Origin: Octopus vulgaris | Taxonomy: Eukaryota | Length of the DNA stretch: 64,000 nucleotides | NCBI GenBank assembly: GCA_951406725.2 | Contig: OX597831.1 | Coordinates: 186,001-250,000, forward strand | Direction: 5' to 3' | Shown here: piece after piece, positions 25,201 through 36,400 of the stretch | Layout of the letters: each line of letters starts with the position of its first letter | How positions within the stretch are numbered: position 1 is the stretch's first letter | Made by a program: the position numbers and the translations under genes | The notes under the pieces: generated by a model | What the model was told of the DNA's origin: nothing | Database searches by the model: none | What the model saw: the letters and a program-made list of their open reading frames with translations, nothing else

Positions 25201-26408
25201 TGGTAGAAGATTCTTTGCCAAGGAACTGCACACTGGGACAAAATCAAGACCACATACCTGCAAAGCAAACTTGTTAATCATAAGTAACAATAAGAAGTGG
25301 TAAACTCCTCTGTGTACTGAGAAAAATCTGGTTTTCCTTCATGGCTGGTGTATTTACATTGTATCTGATAATATACTCTTAACTCTTTATATTCAGATTA
25401 CGCTATCAAATGTAATGCTTATTTATTCACATTGTTTTGAATTAATCATTCATTATCCTGAAGCTTTGAGATTTCAATAAGACTTTATTTTTAGATTGAC
25501 ATTGTAGAGTAGGTGTGAGTGGCCAATCCATATATATAAAACTGTAGTTGTGTGAGTGTCTGTCCCCTTCGATTTAGATTCCTAACTACTCCCACATTTT
25601 GCAGTGCAGTTTAACCAAATTCAGGTATCTTATAGTCGTGATTCATATCGAGCCCGTCTGAGTATTAGCGCGCGTCTACGAGTCTACGATTTTAAAAATA
25701 ATTTAACATCATTTTTTATTCCATTTTAATGCATAATTTTTCGTGTGTCGATGGCGGCGGAGTTGGCGTCCATGGTCACAGCTGCACCTGTTTGCTTCTC
25801 CCCCTTCTTCCCTCCCTCGTGAAGCTGTGGGGAAGGGAGTGCAAGAAAATCAACGTCGTAAAGCGTTGTCAAGGAGACCAGCGTTCTTTTAGAACAACGA
25901 CTTCATGGCTTGAAGACACCAAAACAGAAATGGCTAAGAAAGCCTGAATTTGCATCTATAAGGGAAGTAACTCTCTAAAAATGCTTATATAGTTATTTCC
26001 CTTACAAACCCGAGTAACGCCGGGCGATACTGCTTGTTGAACATAAAAAGAAAATGATTTGGGCTATTTAAGGCCAAATTAAATGCTAACGGGTTAAAAA
26101 GCGGTATGAATATCACAACACCTCATACCTCCAACATTTCCAAGAAATAGATCACATTTGAGCCTATCCCTCTTACAGCTGTTCTTAAGTTACTAGAAAT
26201 AGCAGTCAAATCCTCCTTGAACCCTGTTATGGTGTTTTATAAAAATGGAAGGCAAGTCCTGATCCCAGACACAACATATATAAGCCTTCTTTATCCAATG
26301 TGTCCCTCAATTCTGAAGTCAATAATGTGTAGTGTAATATCATTTAGTTGCTATCTCTACAGTTCAAGCATCCATGTTGTTAAGCCTCAGGTCAACCTTG
26401 ATTGAGTA

Positions 26409-26461
<53 letters not shown>

Positions 26462-29400
26462 ACATTCCAGTTATGGTCAGTCACTTTTCTATAAGTCCCT
26501 AGGTATTTCCCTAGAGATAGAGAGAGAGTCAATATCATCATCATCATCGTTTAACGTCCGCTTTCCATGGTAGCATGGGTTGGATGATTTAACTGAGGTC
26601 TGGCGAACCAGATGGCTGCACCAGACCCCAATCTGATCTGGCAGAGTTTCTACATCTGGATGCTCTTCCTAACGCCAACCACTCTGAGAGTGTAGTGGGT
26701 GCTTTTACGTGCCACCAGCACAAGGGCCAGTCAGGTGGTACTGGCAACAACCACACTCAATGCAAAATGAGCCTCTTATAATTTTGTGAAAGATGCATAA
26801 TTTTTTAACTAAAATTTTATAGTGATAGGTTCTCAGTGGAGTAGATTGCAATTATGTTGATAAAAATTTAGAAAAAATCATAACATATATTTAAAGAAAT
26901 ATACAAATGAGAAATTTATTTTACTGAAAGATAGATAATTGATGTTAGTATTTTGTTTTGTTCCTGTATTTTTAATTTATTTTAAAAATCTTTTATACTT
27001 TCTAGTTTGGCAATTCTGGTGGACCCTTGATCAATCTGGTGAGTTTTATTGTAATTTTTTAATTAGCTATGAAAATAACACTGGTCAACAAAGAATTTGT
27101 CCCAAGAAAAAGAATATATGTATCATGTCTTTTGCATGTAGAATTCAAAAATTAAGTCAAAATATCTGTATCACCCACAGTTTCTCTGTTCCATGATATC
27201 TCTCTCAGTTCCTGTTACGTGGACTAAATTTCAGTTAAGCTGTTGAAATGTGAAGCTTCTGGTTTAAGAAATACTCCTAATTTAAATGTTTATGAATAGA
27301 ATTAACCTAATGAAATCATAAATCTAGCTATGAGTCACTGAAGTTTGGCAAACACTGAGTCAATGAGTCACTGAAGCTTGGCAAGCACTGAGTCAATGAG
27401 TCACCGATGCTTTATGAGTACTGTGCTTGAAGTGTAGGTGTGCGGTTGTGTACTAAGTTCACGTATTCCATTCACCTTCATAATGCCAAGATACTGTATA
27501 AACATTGCTAACAACTTTTACTATATTTGGGATAACTTAACATTCAAGTCACAAAGACATTTAACGCCATTGATTAAAAAGTGTTGTGTAACCAGTGTCA
27601 GGCTGCTCACTGCATGGGCCAAAGGTTCCTGCCATATATCTTTTGCCATCCCTATGATTTGGAGAGAGCCTAAAGATCACACTTCAGATTGCTACTTCTG
27701 CATGACAAATATACAAGGTATAACATCAAAATCCAAGCATACTGTAAAATATTTTAATTTACAATCTGCTATGAAACCAATGCTTCGTAGTCAACACTTA
27801 CCTGTACCTGACCCTCCAAAACAAATGACACTTAGTGACAAGTCAAGAGATGAAGATTTGGAGAAAGAAACAGAAACATGGACTTTGAGCCTATCTGTTT
27901 TTCAAGTGAATCACATTTGTTGAGTCAGGGATCTGAATGATTTTGTGCAGGATTTAAACTTGTCGAAAAAGCAAGCTGAACTTCTTGGTTCCAGTTTAAA
28001 GAACTGGAATCTTCTCCAGAAAGGAACCAAAGTTAGTTTTTATCGTGCTCCACATTGTAATTTTGCAAATTTTTTCTCACTTGAGGATGGTGTGGTATTT
28101 TGTAATGATGTATATTCTGTTATGAAGGAACTTAACCACAAATATAGCACAAATGAGCAGCGTTTGTTTATTGACTCCTCAAAAGTAAGCTTGAAAGCAG
28201 CTTTACTCCGCAATAATGGAAATAAGTTTCCTTCTGCAGCTAACATGAAGGAAAATATTAAGCAGTCTTTGTGAAAATATGATTGTTGAAAATCCTAATT
28301 TACCATATTCACCACCTCTGACATCAAATTTTATAACATCTGTAAAATTTACACCTGCAATACTGCGACACTACCTCAAGAATAAGTGCAACTATTTCTG
28401 CTGGTCTTGACGGTGTTACTTATCTACTTCTCAAACACAGCAAGTTCTTTCTTTTGCATCGGCTTTCATTCTTCTTCCAATTCTGCCTTACTACCTATGT
28501 CACTCCAGAGCAGTGGAAAATTGCCAGCATCATTTCCCTGTTCTAAAAGGATGATCACAAATCATATGTCAACTCCTATTCAGTCAGTCTTATTAGTTGC
28601 ATCACCAAACTGATAGTCCTGTGTCAGAGAAACACTCTGGAACTTCTGGAACTCACACAGCTTTATTTGACCCTCACAATTTGAATTTATCCCTAACTTC
28701 AACTATTACAGCCAACTCATCAAGTTTCTTGAAGACATTACCCAAATCGCTGATGGGAGCTCATGGTTGGCTGTTGTCTATCTTAACTTTGCTAAAGCCT
28801 TCAATTTTATGCCACACAAACGATTTATGGTGAAAGATGATCTTTATAACTGGTTGAAGTCCTTCATTCTCAGTTGAAAAGAGGTAGTTATGGTTCTAGG
28901 ACAGCATTCTTCACCCTATGAGATGACATCTGGTGTATTATTGGGATCCATTCTTAGACCCCTATTTTTGCATTTAATTTAATTAACGACACAAATGCCA
29001 ATTTGAAGAATGTTACAGTGTTGAAATATGCAGATGACATCAATGTTGGGATAAAAAAAAAAACAGATTCTATATGCAATTATGGATCTTTTCTGGACAC
29101 AATGTAGCAATGGATTACTGACTGATAGCTCAAGCTGGCTGTGGATAAGAATACCATTATACATTTTGGAAAGGAAAACCCAGCTTTTACATATTCCCTC
29201 TATAACACCAATCTTAAGAAGTCTGCATGTGAATGTAACTGGGGCATTATTGTCAACGGTGATTTCTAAAATTGTCAAGAAGGCCAAAGGTAACTTAGCA
29301 TCATGCAGTAAAACCTGTCAGCTGCTCTCCAGCTATCTATTTAAAGCTGTATATGGCTATGGTATGTCCACACTTTTTGCATCACCAGTCTAGAACCCCT

Positions 29401-32400
29401 ATCTTGCTCAGAATATCAATCACATGGAAACTATCCAGAAATGTGCAACCAGACAAATACCTACCATCAGGCATCTGCCATACTCTGAATGTCTTGCTTC
29501 TCTGGGCATAAGCACATTAAAGCTCCCTCTGGCAACTGACTTGGTTGATACCCACAAAATTATCCACCATCTTTCCAACAACAACCTTGGGCACTATTTG
29601 AATTCCATATGTTTAATACTCATGAACATGCTTACAAAACCAAACAACAACACAGCACCCATGACTTTTGGAAACATTTTTTTCATTTCTCAGAATTGCT
29701 GTAACAGAATAAACTACTTGCATCAGTAGTTGGTTGTTGGGACACAGCATTCTTCAAATCTTCCATGCTTCCTGAAATTTGCCAATAGTACACCTGATGT
29801 CACCCCCAATTTATTTATTTTTCTTTCTTTTACGACTTATTCTATTCATGCACTTTCGGCTCCTTTTCTGAGTTGTAGTGCACCTGAGCACCGTATACAA
29901 TAACTTCGTTATATCATCATCATTATTACTATTACTACAATTAAGACAGCCAGCTGGCAGAATTGTTGGCACACCAGACCAAATGCCAATTAGCATTTTG
30001 TCTGTCTCTATGTTCTGTCTCTGTGTTGTGAGGATCGACTTTGCCTTTCATCCTTTCAGGGTTGATAAAATAAGTACCAGTTGAGCGCTAGAGTTAATGT
30101 GATCAACATATCCCCTTCCTCAAACTTGTTGGCCTTGTGCCAAAATTTGAAATCATCGTTATTACTACAACTATTAAATTCAAATTTAAATTCATTAAAT
30201 GTGCAGGGGGCACGTAAAAAGCACCCACTACACTCATGGAGTGGTTAGCGTTAGGAAGGGCATCCAGCTGTAGAAATATTGCCAGATAAGACTGGAGCCT
30301 GGTGCAGCCTTCTGGCTTCCCAGATCCCCGGTCGAACCGTCCAACCCATGCTAGCATGGAGAACGGACGTTAAACGATGATGATGATGATGATGATGATG
30401 AGAAAAATATTGTTAGTTTTTTTTTATAAAAAAAAAGATACAACTTAATGAAAAACAATTGAAAATGAATCTTTGATGACATTTAAAAAATTGAGTTGAT
30501 TCTTCTGTTGTTATTTTCAGGATGGCGAAGTTATTGGCATCAATACACTCAAAGTCACTACAGGAATCTCGTTTGCCATTCCTAGTGACTATGCAAAGAA
30601 GTTTCTTTTAAAAACTGAACAGTTTCTGTCTAATACACGTAAGATGTTATTGTTGTTATTTATCTGCATGTCAATCCTGAATGATTAGAACTATGATCAA
30701 ATGCTTTCCAGCTATGACCATCCTGTCTTTTTTCTCAGACATTGCATGTCTAAAACTACATTGTACAGTATGCCTGATTTCTAATTTCACTGAGGTCAAT
30801 GTTACTATTTATTCTTTCATGTTGGCCAGTACTGTCTGAGTCATCATCATCATCATCATCATCATCGTTTAGCGTCCGTTTTCCATGCTAGCATGGGTTG
30901 GACGGGTCAACTGGGGTCTGTGAAGCTGGAAGGCTTCGTCAGGCCCAGTCAGATCTGGCAGTGTTTCTATGGCTGGATGCCCTTCCTAATGCCAATGGTA
31001 TTTGAGTGGTATTTGATAAATGGAAACTTGTAACCAAGCTTATATATATATATCTTTTTACTTGTTTCAGTCATTTGACTGTGGCCATGCTGAAGCACCG
31101 CCTTTAGTCGAGTAAATCGACACCAGGACTTATTCTTTGTAAGCCTAGTACTTATTCTTTCGGTCTCTTTTGCCGAACCGCTAAGTTACGGAGACGTAAA
31201 CACACCAGCATCGGTTGTCAAGCGATGTTGGGGGACAAACACAGACACGCAAAGATATACACATACATGCATATCTATATATATATCTATACAAAATGAG
31301 AAAATGGAGAAATATATCTAAATCATTCATCAACTATCAGATAATACCGAATCATATACTTTATTAAAACACTACACAAGAGCATTAAGATTAGACATTA
31401 ATACAGTACAATAATTACAATCAATATAATGAGATATAACTAAATAAATATAACAAGATATAAAAATACATATACATTATAACTGACAGCTGTTTCGGCC
31501 ATGCAGATAAGTATGTCTCATTTAACCTATTAGCCATATATTGCAGGTATAAATGAGACATTAACAAAAATATCTTACGGCCTCTTCGGAGATTCTAATG
31601 TAAGTATGAGTACATATCCAAAAATCTTTTACATATAAATATAAATATGAGTGCATATATACTCATATCCTTATATATATACACATATACATATACATAA
31701 TAATATAAAATAATATAAATAATATAAATCAATATATATCAATAAACATAATAATGTTCTATATTGAATGTTGCAGTTCCTCAACTAATATTAAGAAATT
31801 ACAACAGATATATTCATACCTAATGCAGACATATATAGTAAACAGTTCATTATATTAATTTGTGTTACTTTACAAAAAGTTAATAATGTTAATATTCTTA
31901 CTACTAACAACATCATTACTAATAAAACAATATATATATCACACAATTAACAACATTGTAGCAACACTGAAGACCAATAAATACCACCATGGTATTATTC
32001 AAGGCAAATAGATATCTGCATATATATGCAATCAGTCAAATTCTTCTGTTTGCATGGTATTAATTTCCACAGATGGATTCGATTGGCCTATACTTTTAAA
32101 TTTGAATTACAATAGATATTTTACGGTTAGTTAGCTACGACAGGCTTCTTTCAGTTTCCTTCTACCAAATCCATTCACAAGGCTTTGGTTGGCCTGAGGT
32201 ATAGTAGAAGATACTTGCCCAAGTTGCCATGCAGTGGGACTGAACCTGAACCATGTGGTTCATAAGCAACCTACTTACCACACAGCCACTCATATATATA
32301 TATAAACTTGCTTATGTGTATTCGTGTGTGTGTGTACGCGTGCATGTATATATATATATATATTGGCCTGCTCGCTTAGCCAGCGGGGTGGCGTCATTCG

Positions 32401-33374
32401 AAGGCTAAAACAATGCGAACGCATTGTGACCAGCAATGTGTAGCAACATCTGATGGTCTGGTCGGTCACGTGATATATATATATATAATAATAATAATAA
32501 AAATAATGAAATTATTGTTTAGTGCTCAGGTGCACTACAACTTATCAAAAATGCATGTATAGTACATAGAATTATGTACTAATGTCAGGAAAGTGAACAG
32601 TGTGTGATCATGATATACGTGCGTTCATGCATGTGGAGGATGGGATATCAGGTGTAGTGTTGGCAAATTTCAGGAAGCATGGTGGTTTCAAAGGATGCAA
32701 TGTCTTGGCAGCTAACAACTGATGCAGGTAGTTTGTGTGTGTGTGAAAAAATGTTTCTGAAAGTCATGAAGCTGTGCTGTTTACTGACTTTGTAGGTATG
32801 CCCATGTGTGTTAGACACATAGAATTTTTTAAAAAGTGCTCAAGGTTGTTGTTGGCCCGATGGTTAATAATTTTGTGGGTATTTACCAACTCAGTTGCCA
32901 GACATCAGAGTTTCAATGTATCCATGCCCCAGGAAGCAAGGCGTTCAGAGTATGGTAGGTGCCTGATGGAGGGTAGTTGGTTGCACGTCTATAAACAGTT
33001 TCCAGGAGGTCGATGTTCTGAGCAAGATAGGGATTCCAGATTGGTGCTGCAAATTCCAAATGTGACCACACCATATATAGCCTTAAATAGATAGCTGGAG
33101 AGTGGCTGATAAAGGCCTTTCTGAGGGATGCCAAGATACCCTTGGCCTTTTTGACAATTTTAGAGATGTGCTTTGTCCAATGCAAGTTGCTGCTGACAGT
33201 AATGCCCAGGTCACATTCACAAGAAGACCTCTTAATATTAGTGTTGTGGAGGAAGTATGTGGATGCTAGGTTTTTCCTCCCAAAATGCATGGTGGTAAAC
33301 TTGTCCACAACCAGCTTGAGTTGTCAGTCCATGATCTGTTGCTGCATTGTGTCCAAGTCCGATTGCAGGAAAGA

Positions 33375-33413
<39 letters not shown>

Positions 33414-36400
33414 AACCACCTTTTATCAATTCAACAATGAAAAAATTACATCCTATAGAATAAATTAAATATAAGATAAAAACATATACCAATGATTAAA
33501 TAATGTGCAAAATAATAAATATATATTTGGTATATATTTACCAAATATATACATTTTATTTATCATTTTTCACATTACTTAATCATTGGTATATGTTTTT
33601 ATCTTATATTTAATTTCTTTTATAGGATGTAATTTTTTTCTATATGGTATAATTTAATTTTTTCATTGTTGAATTGATAAAAGGTGGGGTTTTTTTCTAA
33701 TTTGTATATATATTATATTTTGAGAAATTTGATTTAGTATTTCTAAATTGAATTTTTTCCTTGTAAGTTTGGAATAATATTCCCTAATATATATATATAT
33801 ATATAATAATAAGGAATTTATTGTATACAGTGCTCAGGTGCACCACAACTTGTCAGAAAGTGCATATAAAGTACATGCAGTAATGTAGAAATGTCTGGAA
33901 AATGAACATGCTTGTGTGTGTATGGAGGGGAGAAAATCAAGCGTAGTGTTGGCGAATCTCAGGAAGCATGAAAATTTTGAAGGATGCAGTGCTCCGACAA
34001 CTAACAACCGATGCCGGCAGTTTGTTCCACGCTTCAGCAACTCTCAGCATGAAAAAATGTTTCCTGAAGTCATGGGAGCTGTGCTGTTTTCTTACTTTGT
34101 AAATATATCCACGGGTGTTAGATGGGTGGAGTTTGAAGAGGTGCTCAGAGTTATTGTTTGTGCGATGGTTGATAATTTTATGGGTGTCTGCCAAGTCAGC
34201 TGCCAGACATCGGAGTTTCAATGTGTCCATTATATATATATAATCTTCTTCATAATCAACATTTAATGTCCATTTTCCATGCTGGCATAGGTTAAAAGCT
34301 TTGATAGGATCGAGCAAGCTGAAAGGCTGTGCCAAAATCTTGGGTTAGCTATGGCATGTTTTCTATGGCTGGATGCCCTTTCTAATGCTAATCACCTTAC
34401 ATTGTGTACTGAGTGTTTGTTTGTTTGTTTGTTTTTTGTGTCACAAGGCACTAGTGTGGTTGCTAAGTAAGTTGAAAGATATTAAAAAGAACAGGAAAGG
34501 GGAAAATCCCTGTGAATGTGACAGGTGAAAGTATAGGGAGGAGGGAGTAGCTTTATACCAGGTGCAGGGATGCTGAAGTACAATATAGGGACAAGTATAA
34601 GTATAAAGGAGATACATGGCTACCCTACATTATATAAAAAATATATTAGCTGGAAAGAAGATAAAGATGGTAGTGATTGGCATCTGAGCAAACTTTTAAA
34701 CAACAAGATGAGCATAAAACAGGATACAGTTAGTGAAAGGTGAACATAAGAGAGGTTGTATGTGCGCGCGTGTGTGTGTATATATATATATATATATATG
34801 GGCATGGCTGTGTGGTTAGGGGGCTTGCTTCCTAGCTACATGGTTTCGGGTTCAGTCCCACTGCGTGGCACTTTGGGTAGGTGTCTTCCACTATAGCCCC
34901 GAGCCAACCGGAGCTTTGTGATTGAATTCGGTAGGTGGAAGTTACTGCCGTGTGTGTATATGTGCGTATAGCTGCTCAGTGCCTCTCCGAAAGAGAGAGA
35001 GGGATATATATGTGTGTGTGTGTGTGTAAATATGTATGTATATGTATAAGCACCAATCAACTTCTGGAGAGTAATTTAATCAATTAACACCTGCATCCTG
35101 GTTTCTGGTCTTGTGCCTATGATAAAAGTTATTATTATTATTATACTCTGTAACACAATTTTTGTCCTTGGGTAGCATATGTTATTTCGTACTTGCTTAC
35201 TCTTAGAAAGTATGAAAAATGGCTAATATTTCCTTCAAACTGCGTTTATTCAAACTCCAAAGTATCCCGCTCAACACATTACTATGATGCTCCCCCATTA
35301 CTCCTGCTCATTATCAAAGATGCACATATTGTCAGCCACTAAAGGACACACTCAAACAGTTATGGTCAAGGAACTAACAAGCAAATCTGTGGTATTTAGG
35401 AGAATATTTGCTATAACGATATTTCTGCTTCAGCAACTCCACACCTAATCTGTCTGAAATGTAATGGAAAATAGGTCAGTTTCAAAGCATTGATGTCCAG
35501 GTTGCCAAAGTAAAGTTTGAAGGGAATAGTAGTCTTGATTTCTAGATAAAAGCAAATAGGAAATAACACTTATAATAATAATAATAATAATAATAAACAT
35601 TGTGTACAGTGCTCAGGTGCACTACAACTCATCTAAAGTGCATATATAATCAGGTGTAGTTTCGACGGATTTCGGAAAGTATGAGGGCCTTAAAGGATGC
35701 AGTGTCATGGCAGTCAACAACTGACGCAGGCAGTTTATTCCATGCTTCAGCAACTCTGAGCGTGAAGAAATGTTTCCGAAAGTCATGGGAGCTGTGCTGT
35801 TTTCTGACTTTGTAGGCATGTCCACGTGTGTTGGACACATGGAGATCAAAAAGGTGTTCAGTGTTGTTGTTGGTGAGGTGGTTGACAACTTTGTGGGCGT
35901 TTACCAAGTCCGTCGCCAGACGCCGGAGCTTCAGTGAATCCATGCCCAGGGAAACAAGGCGCTCAGAATATGGTAGGTGTCTGATGGAGGGTATGCGTTT
36001 GGTTGCATGGCAAAGCGCTCAGAATATGGTAGGTGTCTGATGGAGGGTATGCGTTTGGTTGCACGGCAAAGCGCTCAGAATATGGTAGGTGTCTGATGGA
36101 GGGTATGCGTTTGGTTGCACGGCAAAGCGCTCAGAATATGGTAGGTGTCTGATGGAGGGTATGCGTTTGGTTGCACGGCAAAGCGCTCAGAATATGGTAG
36201 GTGTCTGATGGAGGGTATGCATTTGGTTGCACGTCACTGAACAGATTCCAGGAGGTATGAAAAAAGACAAAATAAAATTTTACTTTTATTATACAGTGTT
36301 ATCATTTAATTTTCTTTCAGATAAGAAATCATGGATTGGTAGCAGCAGCCCGACATTTGTTGCACAACCCCGTCACTATATTGGTATCACCATGCTTACT

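Noticed and set aside
35955-36233. CRISPR-like array
   Set aside because: Units are contiguous with no unique spacers, derive from LINE sequence, and the context is eukaryotic.
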